Positions 32,573 through 42,108 of a stretch of DNA of 64,000 bases are shown piece after piece; position 1 is the first letter of the stretch; every line of letters begins with the position of its first letter. Made by a program: the position numbers and the translations under genes. The notes under the pieces are model-generated. The model was not told the DNA's origin and searched no databases. It saw only the letters and a program-made list of their open reading frames with translations. The stretch spans positions 384,001 through 448,000 of the forward strand of contig CBDAOB010000004.1 of assembly GCA_965197905.1 (NCBI GenBank), given 5' to 3'. Origin of the DNA: Candidatus Latescibacterota bacterium. GTDB taxonomy: Bacteria; Latescibacterota; UBA2968; UBA8231.

Positions 32573-33133
32573 CTAGATGGCTATCACCTTTTGCACGACG
32601 AGTGACACAGCCTCGTAGACATTCACAGACTCCGTGTCCACGACAATTACGTTCGCCGATCGAATCGCTGTTGGATCTGCCAGATCCTGTGGCTGACCGA
32701 CACTCAACACTTGGCCTTTGAGCTCTGCCATATCCGCGGTTTTGCCCACGATATGAGCCTTCCACGATTCGGAATCAACCGAGGTCTTGCTACTTTGAAC
32801 AATCAATAGATCCTTCTTGACCTTCGTACCATCTAGTATTTCCATCGTTCGGTCGTGCAACATGATAATGATCTTGGCGCGTTGAATCTTTAGAAGAATC
32901 TTTTGTTTTGCCGAGTAATCCGCGATGGCAAGCAGATTTACGTTATAGCTTTTCACCTTAAGACGTGAGGGCAGGGCGCTAACCAACTGTTCCTTGGCCA
33001 CTTTGTCCTTACCGGGGTAAATAACATAGACATCCTGAGCCCAGCTAGGAGAGGCCGACGAGGTACCCAGAATAAAAAGCCCTAGGGTGCCTACCAAGAC
33101 GCGTCTAGGCGATCGTCCGTTGAGTAAACTCAT
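32573..33133 (-). CDS. Putative periplasmic alpha/beta protein, unknown function
   Basis: Signal peptide ending SWA; lies between the porin and the MCP with 15-23 bp gaps. Confidence 0.65.
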   Translation of the reverse strand: MSLLNGRSPRRVLVGTLGLFILGTSSASPSWAQDVYVIYPGKDKVAKEQLVSALPSRLKVKSYNVNLLAIADYSAKQKILLKIQRAKIIIMLHDRTMEILDGTKVKKDLLIVQSSKTSVDSESWKAHIVGKTADMAELKGQVLSVGQPQDLADPTAIRSANVIVVDTESVNVYEAVSLVVQKVIAI

Positions 33134-33156
33134 TTCAATTTCCCCCTGAACATCCG

Positions 33157-34407
33157 CTAGAATGAAAAAATGACTGAGGCCATGTTCATGTTGATCTCTT
33201 CCTTGCCACCTGCCATTCGGAATGGTAGGGGAGCTTTCTCGAAATCGTCTATCGTTGTTTTCTGCCATTCGTATCGCAATCGGCTGTTGGGAGCAAATTG
33301 CCACTCGGCCCCAACGGTTATTCGACCCCGATCAAATGGAGTAAATGGTGCGTTGTCGTTCGTGTCTACATCGTCAAGCCGAAAAACAAGCCTGACGTAC
33401 TGATCCTTTTCCCAACGTTTGGGTACGAATGAACCCTCCAAATACCACGCCTTCATACTGTAGTCACTCTGGCTCGTGTTGAGCCCCGCCGGGCCTGGCA
33501 AACCGGCGTCAGCCACCGGATCGATTCCGGCTTCCTGTTCCACATCTGCCAGCACATACTCACCTTTGACAGTCCATTTCGCAGCCATCCAATTCAAATG
33601 CGCCCCGACCATCTGTAACGCGTGTTTATCTTCTGGATCCCAATCCCCAAGATACCAGGAAACTCCCGCGTCAACTGGAAACTCAAGGCTCTGAAAAGTG
33701 GCCTTGGCCACCTTCGCTTTGCCGCTATTGTTGTCCCGCAGTTCGTTGTTTGTTTCGTTCTGCAATAATCCATCCCTTGGCCGCACCACGGGTCCCGTTG
33801 AGAGTTGAATGGCGTTGTCGTCCAAGACGTTCGAATCGGACCCCAGCCCATTTATTAAGCCGAGCTTGAGATCTAAGATTCCTTGCGATCCCATGGACCG
33901 GTTCCAGTTGGCCGTTACCCCCGTGTCCGACCAGCCGAATCCGCGGAAATCTATCGCCAAACCTACTACTGGGGCGAGGTTCCACGCGGTAAATGGTTGA
34001 CTCATGAGATGCTGTTTGAAATTCGGCTTATTCTCGTTGTACGAAAGAAACGGCACAAGAATCTTGCCGGCCCTCAAACTGAGCTCATCTCGAACTTGAA
34101 CATCGACGTAGGCGTAGTTGGCAGTATACCTGCTGCCGTTGTCGCCAGCTTCCAGCTCAGCCGAGGCAATAATCGCTTCGGAAATTGGAAAGTCCATAAA
34201 TAATGAAAACTCACGCAGTTGAAAGAAACTGTCATCCAGATCTTTCTTACCCACCTGCTTGGGCGTCCCGCTATGATCCATTAAGTGCGTATTGCCATAA
34301 CCACTGATAAGCACGTCGTCTTGTGCGTGGGCTATGAGCACCGTGCCGAAAATGAAGATGAGCGGTAGCGTGCGCTTGGTTAATAGATCGTGATACCGTT
34401 TGAGCAT
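33157..34407 (-). CDS. Outer-membrane porin-like beta-barrel
   Basis: RBS GGAGG, signal peptide, NYAYVDVQV…LSLRAGKILVPF, DNNSGKA, beta-strand periodicity, terminal Phe (SVIFSF). Confidence 0.8.
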   Translation of the reverse strand: MLKRYHDLLTKRTLPLIFIFGTVLIAHAQDDVLISGYGNTHLMDHSGTPKQVGKKDLDDSFFQLREFSLFMDFPISEAIIASAELEAGDNGSRYTANYAYVDVQVRDELSLRAGKILVPFLSYNENKPNFKQHLMSQPFTAWNLAPVVGLAIDFRGFGWSDTGVTANWNRSMGSQGILDLKLGLINGLGSDSNVLDDNAIQLSTGPVVRPRDGLLQNETNNELRDNNSGKAKVAKATFQSLEFPVDAGVSWYLGDWDPEDKHALQMVGAHLNWMAAKWTVKGEYVLADVEQEAGIDPVADAGLPGPAGLNTSQSDYSMKAWYLEGSFVPKRWEKDQYVRLVFRLDDVDTNDNAPFTPFDRGRITVGAEWQFAPNSRLRYEWQKTTIDDFEKAPLPFRMAGGKEEINMNMASVIFSF

Positions 34408-34781
34408 TTGGACCTCCCTCGCCGTGGTCAACCTCCCGCGCCCGTTGCGCAGAGTCTTGCTACGGCTTCATTTCCTGCCATTCGTATTGGTAATTACGGA
34501 ATCTGAGCCTCCGATAGCGCACATCGGAACGAGCGAGGTTCAGGTATCCGCTCATTTATCAGAGATAGATAGAGGCATACAATATAGAAGTGGTAGGTCG
34601 AGGAAGACAGCAAAATTTCTGTCCCTGGATATCTTGGTTGAGGGACGCTCCGAGAGATGAGTCGTTGCCCAAGGCGCAAAGTTCGATCAGAAGTTGGGCA
34701 CCTGCGAACGACGAAAGGCGGTGCTGACCAAGATGGGCGAGGTGCGCGTCGCAGGCGTCGTCAAGAGCCCTCTCACCCGGA

Positions 34782-35339
34782 TTGAAGGGAACCGTGCGAC
34801 CTCATCTTCCATTTCGCGATATAATAGATCAATGCTCGAAGATCGGCCGACCTCACGGCATTGGCAATCCGCATCATCTCTTACCCCACGCCGCCCACAA
34901 GTGCACGCCCCGGCTCGAAGAGTTTCTCGCGGGCTTGGATATGTTCTATTTGGCTACGGCCAGTGCAGACGGGCAGCCGTACATCCAATATCGCGGTGGG
35001 CCCCCGGGGTTCCTGAAAGTGGTGGATGAGAAGACCCTCGGTTTCGCCGACTTCCAGGGCAACCAACAGTATATCTCGACTGGCAACCTGAGCGAAAACC
35101 CGAAGTCGTTCATTTTCTTGATGGACTACGTAAATAGCAGGCGGATCAAGATTTGGGGTAATGCGCAGGTGGTTGAGGATGATCCAGCGCTGCTTGAACA
35201 CTTGGCCGAGCCCGACTACCCGGGCAAAGCAGAACGGGCAATCTTGTTCGCGATCGAAGACTGGGACGTCAACTGCCCCCAGCACATACACAAGCGCACC
35301 CCGCACCTCAGAAGCCGTAGATTGCCGGGAGGGACCTAG
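34782..35339 (+). pseudogene. Pyridoxamine 5'-phosphate oxidase-like FMN-binding protein, probably 5'-truncated
   Basis: FYLATASADGQPYIQYRGGPPGFLKV, FADFQGNQQYISTGNL, WDVNCPQHI; homology starts ~34910 with no clear start or RBS. Confidence 0.7.
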
Positions 35340-35378
35340 CACGTAGCGGACCTCTGCTAGTGGCACTGCAAGTTGTCT

Positions 35379-36296
35379 CTACTTCCCATCGTCTCTAAGA
35401 ATCTCTATGAAGGCGGTATCGGGGATGGCGGAACCGAAGTAGCCGAAGCCAGCACCTTCGAATTCGAACTGCGGTTCGTGAAAATTTCCGTCCAGCTCTT
35501 TCAAATCGTCAAAGGTCTGCAGGAAATGGGCCCAGTTCGGATCGGCGGCGTACACAACAATCTCATGACGACCGTAAAACCAGACATCCCACCAAAACAC
35601 ACTCATCTTTGATTGACCCGCCGCCCGAGGCGTGTTCTGAATCCACTCGTACTGGTAGTCGTAGTCCGTCAGATCGATGCTCCGAGGATTCTCATCGTCG
35701 AAAGGGTTGTCGTAGATGAAGGAGTCGACGGACATGTCGAGCGGAATTGCGGTGAGAAGATAAAAGGTTGTCCCTGGTGAGCGCTCGATGGTTACTTCCG
35801 GAATAATCACGTCGTCCGTCTCATCACGCTCACGGTACCTGATTCGCTGCGGTCTGATATCGACGATTCCGAAGCCGTCGACGGGTACCGTCGTCGTCGC
35901 TCTGGCAAAGAGTTCCTCGTCTTCGACATTCGCCCGCACCTCTAGGCTATACCTACCTCCCTTGCGGATGACGAGATCGTCGCCGAGATAGGCGAAACCG
36001 GCGTCCTCGAATCGGGGCGAGTCTACGAAGGTGAGGGGATAGCTGACGGCTTCGTCCTCGTCGATGAGCAGAACATTCGCCCCCGCAAGCAAGATGGGCG
36101 TTTCATTTAGATTTTGGTCGAGCCGGAAGTTGCGGGAGACGTGAATGTTCTCGACCGGATGACCGGCCAGAAGAAGGCCGCTGACGACGATATGGTGTTC
36201 GTAGCTCTCATTCGTTACCTTCACGATTCCTTCCCCGCAGCCGAGAAGGATTACCGCCGCCGAGGAGAGGGACAGGAGAAGTGAACGACCGCGCAT
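35379..36296 (-). CDS. DUF4249-like lipoprotein
   Basis: Lipobox ILLGC; C-terminal EGAGFGYFGSA; directly downstream of a TBDR. Confidence 0.75.
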   Translation of the reverse strand: MRGRSLLLSLSSAAVILLGCGEGIVKVTNESYEHHIVVSGLLLAGHPVENIHVSRNFRLDQNLNETPILLAGANVLLIDEDEAVSYPLTFVDSPRFEDAGFAYLGDDLVIRKGGRYSLEVRANVEDEELFARATTTVPVDGFGIVDIRPQRIRYRERDETDDVIIPEVTIERSPGTTFYLLTAIPLDMSVDSFIYDNPFDDENPRSIDLTDYDYQYEWIQNTPRAAGQSKMSVFWWDVWFYGRHEIVVYAADPNWAHFLQTFDDLKELDGNFHEPQFEFEGAGFGYFGSAIPDTAFIEILRDDGK

Positions 36297-36307
36297 CTCT
36301 ACCACCT

Positions 36308-38668
36308 TCAGAAGGTGAAATTCACACCGATCGTGGGCAGCACCGGTAACATGCTGATCGTATCCACGTCGGGCAGGTTGTTGCGAAAACCGTAGTCGAC
36401 GAACCATGGATTGCCGCGATTGCCAGCATTAAACAGTTGCAGATAGGGTGTCATCGTCCAGTTCCCGAAGTTGCGGCGATAGTTCAGACTCAGATCCATG
36501 CGGGCGTAATAAGGCAGGCGGATGTTGTTGATAATCGTCGGCGCGCGTTCGAGGTCAACACCGGGGTCCTGCGGACTGGACCTGACGAAATAGGCGGATC
36601 CCGGTTGGGTAATCGGTTGCCCACTGGCGTAAACGACGTTGAGATTGAGCGACCATTTCCCTACGTCGGCGCGCTTCGCCCTGCCTCTCAACTTTCTCCA
36701 ACTATTTCGCAAATCGAGATTGGCCACCAGGTTCAGCGTCGACGTGCGATCGTGTCGCGGGAAAAAGGATCGCTCCTGATTAATGCCGTCAAACTCGTAC
36801 TTCGTGCGGGCGTAGGAATAGGCAAGCCAGCCGTCCAGTGCCCCTGAGTCCTTGCGCAACAGTAGTTCAGCACCGATCGATTGACCGTCACCGCGGTTGA
36901 AGATCCCCTTCGTGTTCGTGAAGATTGGGTCGGCGTCCTCCTGATAGCCCGTCTCCTCCAGCTGGGTGAGGAACGTCTGATTGAACTGATAGATGTTGCG
37001 GTAACTCTTGTAGAAAGTCTCGACCTCGACCTGGTAATTGCCCTTGACTTCCTGCTGCCAGCCCAGGATAAAGTGCGTCGATCTCGATTCGTCCTGGAAT
37101 TCGTTGGAGGTAGTCCAGATGTCGGTGAAGGCAAACTGGGGCACGCGATGGAGGTACTGATAGTAGATACCGGCCGCTGCCCGCAGGTTGATCGCTTCGG
37201 TGAGCCGGTATTTGGCTGCTAGCCGGGGAGCTACATTTTGGAACGTCTTGGCCGAGTTGAAGAGATTATAGCGCAATCCAGCGACCAATTCCCATAGCAA
37301 GTTCGGTTTCCAGTTGCCCTGCCCGTAGACTGTGTATTGCCTCGGCCTGTTGCTCAAATCGACGAGTCCCTCGGGGAACGCCTGTCGGTACTTGACATGC
37401 AGATTCTTCTGTTCGAAGCCGAACCTCGTGACCAGACGGCGAGAGCTGTAGTATTCGAGGTTGCCCTTCAGCGTGATATCGGAAACGAAATTGCGCTCGA
37501 CGACATTGGCAGCCTCGATTGTCAGATCTGACGAAAAGCGGCTGCCGGTCAGCCAGAACGTCGAGAACAGCTTCGGCGTAAAGATGCGCGTCCAGCGCAT
37601 CGACCCGGTCTTATTGCCCCAATCGGTCATCAGCCCCGTCTCCTCAGTGGACTCGGTGTTGAAAAGGACGTCGAGGACATCGCGCCCGCCATAAGCGCTG
37701 ATCGTTAATGAATTGCGGTCGTCCAGTTCGAGGAACGCCTTGACGTTGCCATCGTAGAAGTAGTAGTCGGGGACATCGTCGATGAACCTGGCCGCCGTCT
37801 GATCGAAGTAGGTCCGCCGAATCGAACCCGAGAGTGATCCACGCTTGCCGAGCGGTGCCTGGAGCGTCGTCTTGGCCGAGAGCAGGCTCAGAGATGCGGT
37901 CCCTTCGAACTGCTCACGGTTGCCGTCGAGGTTGGTCACATCGAGGACGGAAGAGAGGCGGCCGCTGTACTCGGCGCCGAATCCACCCTTCGATAACTCA
38001 ACCTGTTTGATGGCGTCGGTGTTGAAGGTGGAGAAGATGCCGAAGGTGTGCTCCGGGTTGTAGACATCCGATCCGTCGATCATGTAGAGATTCTGATCCG
38101 GCGTCCCGCCCCTTATGTAGAGGGCGGACGAGAAGTCGGAGAGCGGCTGAATACCTGGAAGAGTCTGGAGAGAACGCAACAGGTCGGCCTCCGCCACCTG
38201 TGGAATTGCCTTGACCTGACGGGCGGAAAGCCGGATTCCGGAAATCGGCTTCTCGAAGAGCATCTGCGACGTGCGCATCGAATCGGCGCGGACGACCATC
38301 TCGGCAGCCGTTACAGCCTCTACAGCGAGGCTGATGTCAATCTTCTCGTTCTTGTCAGCTGCGACTCGAACGCCCCGGGTGAAGGTCTCGTAACCGATGT
38401 AGGAGCACACGAGGATGTAGTCGCCCACGGGGATCTCGGGAACCACGTAGTAGCCGCTGGCATTCGATAGGCCCCCTATCTGAGTACCCTGTAGAAGGAC
38501 CGTCGCGTTGATGAGGGCCTCCCCATCAGAGGCATCGTATACGAATCCACTGAGTGAGCCGACCCCCCTGGACTGCGCTTCAACGGGAATGCCGGTAAGG
38601 ACGAAAGGAATAAGAGCCAGTCCTATAATAGAGCGGAATGTCGAGAAAGAGACCACACGTACCCGCAT
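36308..38668 (-). CDS. TonB-dependent receptor with N-terminal carboxypeptidase-regulatory-like domain
   Basis: SGFVYDASDGEALINATV, LQTLPGI, IRGGTPDQNLYMIDG, KGGFGAEYSGRLSSVL, terminal Phe. Confidence 0.9.
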   Translation of the reverse strand: MRVRVVSFSTFRSIIGLALIPFVLTGIPVEAQSRGVGSLSGFVYDASDGEALINATVLLQGTQIGGLSNASGYYVVPEIPVGDYILVCSYIGYETFTRGVRVAADKNEKIDISLAVEAVTAAEMVVRADSMRTSQMLFEKPISGIRLSARQVKAIPQVAEADLLRSLQTLPGIQPLSDFSSALYIRGGTPDQNLYMIDGSDVYNPEHTFGIFSTFNTDAIKQVELSKGGFGAEYSGRLSSVLDVTNLDGNREQFEGTASLSLLSAKTTLQAPLGKRGSLSGSIRRTYFDQTAARFIDDVPDYYFYDGNVKAFLELDDRNSLTISAYGGRDVLDVLFNTESTEETGLMTDWGNKTGSMRWTRIFTPKLFSTFWLTGSRFSSDLTIEAANVVERNFVSDITLKGNLEYYSSRRLVTRFGFEQKNLHVKYRQAFPEGLVDLSNRPRQYTVYGQGNWKPNLLWELVAGLRYNLFNSAKTFQNVAPRLAAKYRLTEAINLRAAAGIYYQYLHRVPQFAFTDIWTTSNEFQDESRSTHFILGWQQEVKGNYQVEVETFYKSYRNIYQFNQTFLTQLEETGYQEDADPIFTNTKGIFNRGDGQSIGAELLLRKDSGALDGWLAYSYARTKYEFDGINQERSFFPRHDRTSTLNLVANLDLRNSWRKLRGRAKRADVGKWSLNLNVVYASGQPITQPGSAYFVRSSPQDPGVDLERAPTIINNIRLPYYARMDLSLNYRRNFGNWTMTPYLQLFNAGNRGNPWFVDYGFRNNLPDVDTISMLPVLPTIGVNFTF

Positions 38669-38868
38669 CTGAGTTCAAGGAGTTGAGCAGCTCTGACGAG
38701 CGGCCCGATATCCTATTGAACACCAATAGGAGCTTGAAACGTCACCCAGCTCCAATTTTCTGCTCGTTGGCGCTTCAAAAGGCGCTTCACTTCGGGAAAG
38801 CTCTGTAGTGGAGAAACCCGCTCCCGATATAGATCCCTCCTGTCCAATATTGCGTTCACAGCCGGGAG

Positions 38869-39876
38869 TCAGGTCCGCGGCATTGGGGCGAGCCGTCGAT
38901 TCTCGACGATCCCGGGTACGCGTCCCCGCTTGGCAACGGGGCGGCCATCCACCTCCTTGATATCCGCGGTAAAATCTACCGGGATAGCGCCGCTGATCGC
39001 GCTGCCGATGCCAAAGGAATCTACCGGGGCGCCGGCATCGAGAAAATATTGAATACGCTCCACATCTACTCCCCCGGAGACCACGATTTTCACTTGCTGG
39101 TGTCCTTCCCCGTCTAGGCGCGCGCGCACCTCGTTGACCAACTCTGACGTCACGCCCCCTAATTCCGCTGGAGTGTCGAGCCGTACGCCCCACAAGCGAT
39201 TGCCCATGGCCCGGGCAACTCGCACGCTTTCCTCCGGCTCGTCGAGAAAGGTGTCAACCAGCGCTATGCGGGGAACCTCATCTGGTACGTGCCGATCAAA
39301 AGCGCTCATCGCGTCGAGGGTATCACCCATAACCAGAATCAAGGCGTGGGGGAGGGTGCCGCTCGGCTGGCGGCCGAGGATGCTGGCGCCAGCCGTGGTG
39401 GCACATCCGCTGCATCCACCGACCATGGCGGCGTACTCCATCCGGGCACTCACATCCGGATGCACGTGACGGGCTCCAAAACATATAACCGGCACGCCCG
39501 CCGCCGCCTCGACGCATTCCGCCGCGGCGCTGGCCCATCCGGTGCCGCTGCTCAGCATGCCCAGCATAGCCGTCTCGTAAAGACCGTACTCGCGATACGG
39601 TCCGGAGATGCGCAGTACCACATCGAGATTCTCAATGCGACTCCCCTCCGCAAGACTCCACACCTCTGATTCTGTGGACAGCACACGCTGAAGGAGGGCG
39701 TGTACCTCCAGCATGCCGCACAGCACGGATTGCCGGCGCGCGAAGATTTCGATGGTGGCATGGGGATTCAGTTGCTCTCGATCGAGGATGTCGAGGCTGC
39801 GCTGAAAGTAGACGTCGGCATTTCCACCTTTCAGCGTTTCTTCGCTGGGAGCAAAAGGATCGGTAGCGCAGGGCAT
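38869..39876 (-). CDS. pncB: Nicotinate phosphoribosyltransferase (short, archaeal-like type)
   Basis: ADVYF, FGARHVHP, GTLPHALIL, LVDTF, GVRLDTP, VSGG, KRGR. Confidence 0.88.
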   Translation of the reverse strand: MPCATDPFAPSEETLKGGNADVYFQRSLDILDREQLNPHATIEIFARRQSVLCGMLEVHALLQRVLSTESEVWSLAEGSRIENLDVVLRISGPYREYGLYETAMLGMLSSGTGWASAAAECVEAAAGVPVICFGARHVHPDVSARMEYAAMVGGCSGCATTAGASILGRQPSGTLPHALILVMGDTLDAMSAFDRHVPDEVPRIALVDTFLDEPEESVRVARAMGNRLWGVRLDTPAELGGVTSELVNEVRARLDGEGHQQVKIVVSGGVDVERIQYFLDAGAPVDSFGIGSAISGAIPVDFTADIKEVDGRPVAKRGRVPGIVENRRLAPMPRT

Positions 39877-39883
39877 GAGGGAC

Positions 39884-40417
39884 TCAGCGGTTGGTTATCT
39901 GCGCCCCGAGTATCTTTTCCATGTGATCCAAAGCCCAGGCATGTTGCTCGGCGTCGAAGCTGGCGACGCAGTCTGCCGGCACTTCTACCCTGTAGTCCCG
40001 ATTGCGCAGATCGGCAACCGTATGCAACACGCAGATATCGGTACAATCCCCCATTACCACGACCTTCTCCGGGTTTAGCGCCACGAGTCGCTTGGCGAGA
40101 TCGGTTTCGAACAACGCGCTGTAACGCCTCTTCTGGATGACCGTCGCATCTAGGGCCAAGGAACCTAACTCGTCCAGGAGCTCGTGATCCTCGCTGCCGG
40201 CGATGCAGTGGGGCGGAAACATCTCAAACTCTTTGTCATCTGACGCGTGGGTATCCTGCGTGAAGAAGATGGCTGCCCCCGCCGCCCTCTCTTGCTTCAC
40301 TCGAGATCGAATGGGTTCGATGATGGAACGAGCGGGCACGCCGCAGAAGAGGGTACCCCCAGGGGCCATGAATCCCTTCTGCATGTCGACGACGAGTACC
40401 GCGTTTGCCAAGGGCAA
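39884..40417 (-). CDS. pncA: Nicotinamidase / isochorismatase-family cysteine hydrolase
   Basis: VVDMQKGF, DTH, FPPHC, KRRYSA, GDCTDICV; adjacent to pncB. Confidence 0.8.
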   Translation of the reverse strand: MPLANAVLVVDMQKGFMAPGGTLFCGVPARSIIEPIRSRVKQERAAGAAIFFTQDTHASDDKEFEMFPPHCIAGSEDHELLDELGSLALDATVIQKRRYSALFETDLAKRLVALNPEKVVVMGDCTDICVLHTVADLRNRDYRVEVPADCVASFDAEQHAWALDHMEKILGAQITNR

Positions 40418-40506
40418 CCTCCGCGCATTCGGGTATCGACGATCTCAAGCATATGATCGTCATGCCCTGGATAGGTGCTTGGATGTATTGAACCGTGGTA
40501 CGGGTG

Positions 40507-41766
40507 CTAAGGATACAACCCTCGAGTTCGTATCGCTTCATCCACCCGCGCGACGGCGAGCATGTAGGCTGCCGTGCGCATGTCTGTTTGTTTCTCTCTG
40601 CTTTTGTGCAAGACGTCCTGAAAGGCCTGGCACATGGTTTTGCCGAGTCGTTCGTTTACCTCTTCCTCGGTCCAGAACAGCTCGGTCAATCCCTGGACCC
40701 ATTCGAAATAGGAAACCGTGACGCCGCCGGCATTGGCCAGGATGTCCGGAATCAGAAACACTCCCTTGTCGGCAAGAATCTGGTCAGCGCCCGGAGTTGT
40801 CGGACCATTGGCTCCTTCTGCGACAATCCTAGCCCTGATACGATCGGCGTTCGCTTCGGTAATCTGGTTCTCCAGGGCGGCGGGGAGCAGCACGTCGCAG
40901 TCCAGCTCCAGCAGTTCCGCGTTGGTCACCTCATCGCAATCGGGAAAGCTGGTGACGCTGCCGCTGTGGCGTTTGTGGGCGGACAGCTCGTTCACGTCGA
41001 CACCGGACGAGCTGTATACGCCTCCTCGCGAGTCGCTTGCCGCAACGATGAGGGCGCCCTCCTGTTCGAGCAGCGCGGCCGCAATCCTGCCGACATTGCC
41101 GAAACCCTGCACCGCGACGCGCGCCCGCGCCAGCGGCATGCCCATATGTTTCAAGCCTTCTACGATGGTAGATACACATCCGCGACTGGTCGCTTCCTCG
41201 CGTCCACGGGAGCCGCCCACGGATATCGGTTTGCCAGTAACCACGCTGCGTACGGAGTGGCCGACACTCATGCTGTAGGTGTCCATGATCCACGCCATGA
41301 TCTGGGCGTTGGTGTTCACGTCGGGTGCCGGAATGTCGGTCTCGGGGCCCAGGATGATCATCAATTCGCTGGTCAACCGCCGCGTCATCCGTTGCAGCTC
41401 CGCCTCCGACATCTGCTTCGGGTCGCAGATCACCCCACCTTTCGCGCCCCCGAACGGCACGTCTACCAGCGCGCATTTCCAGGTCATCCACATGGACAGG
41501 GCGGTCACTTCGTCAAGGGTCACGTCGGGGTGGTAGCGGATGCCCCCCTTGGTCGGTCCCCGGTGCTGGTTGTGCTGCACGCGGAATCCGGTGAAAACCT
41601 CCACCGAGCCGTCATCCATCTCGGTTGGAACGGATACTTGGAGGACACGTTGGGGATGGCGCAGGATCGCGTGACTCTTCGGATCGAGACCGATCTGTTC
41701 CGCCACGATGTCCAGCTGCTGGCGAGCGATCGCCAGTTGATTGAGGTCTTCGCCTGCACTCTGCAT
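40507..41766 (-). CDS. gdhA: Glu/Leu/Phe/Val dehydrogenase (glutamate dehydrogenase)
   Basis: GPTKGGIRY, MTWKCA, GGAKGG, DIPAPDVNT, QGFGNVG, EGANGP, NAGGVTVSYFEWVQ. Confidence 0.93.
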   Translation of the reverse strand: MQSAGEDLNQLAIARQQLDIVAEQIGLDPKSHAILRHPQRVLQVSVPTEMDDGSVEVFTGFRVQHNQHRGPTKGGIRYHPDVTLDEVTALSMWMTWKCALVDVPFGGAKGGVICDPKQMSEAELQRMTRRLTSELMIILGPETDIPAPDVNTNAQIMAWIMDTYSMSVGHSVRSVVTGKPISVGGSRGREEATSRGCVSTIVEGLKHMGMPLARARVAVQGFGNVGRIAAALLEQEGALIVAASDSRGGVYSSSGVDVNELSAHKRHSGSVTSFPDCDEVTNAELLELDCDVLLPAALENQITEANADRIRARIVAEGANGPTTPGADQILADKGVFLIPDILANAGGVTVSYFEWVQGLTELFWTEEEVNERLGKTMCQAFQDVLHKSREKQTDMRTAAYMLAVARVDEAIRTRGLYP

Positions 41767-41911
41767 TGATTGTCGCCTCTTTCCTCATTCGAAATTGGGG
41801 TGTATTTGGCTACGCGCAAGCGTCGGCCGTCGAAGGCTGCCGATGCCATGGAGAGTTCGGGAACCGGCGGGGTTGTATGCGGTCGCCGGTTCGGCGTATC
41901 CTTGAGTGGAT

Positions 41912-42080
41912 CCTAGTGTCGCGTCTCAGAAATACGCTAACATTCGGTCGCGGAGCCGCCTGGTTCGCAGCGTTGCCCGCCCTCGTCGTACTCCACCAGT
42001 ACGACTCGCTCGGGCGCCTTGCAAACCAGGCGGCTCCGCGACCGAATTTTGTCAGCTTATTCCCGAGACACGACACTAGG
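41912..42080. mobile_element. ~165-bp palindromic MITE-like element (ERIC/IRU-like architecture) with CTAG ends
   Basis: Terminal IR CCTAGTGTCG/CGACACTAGG, perfect 24-bp internal IR 41942-41965/42024-42047, apical 8-bp hairpin GTCGTACT-CCACC-AGTACGAC. Confidence 0.8.
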
Positions 42081-42108
42081 GCCGAAACTCGAAAGGTCCA
42101 TTTGCGGA

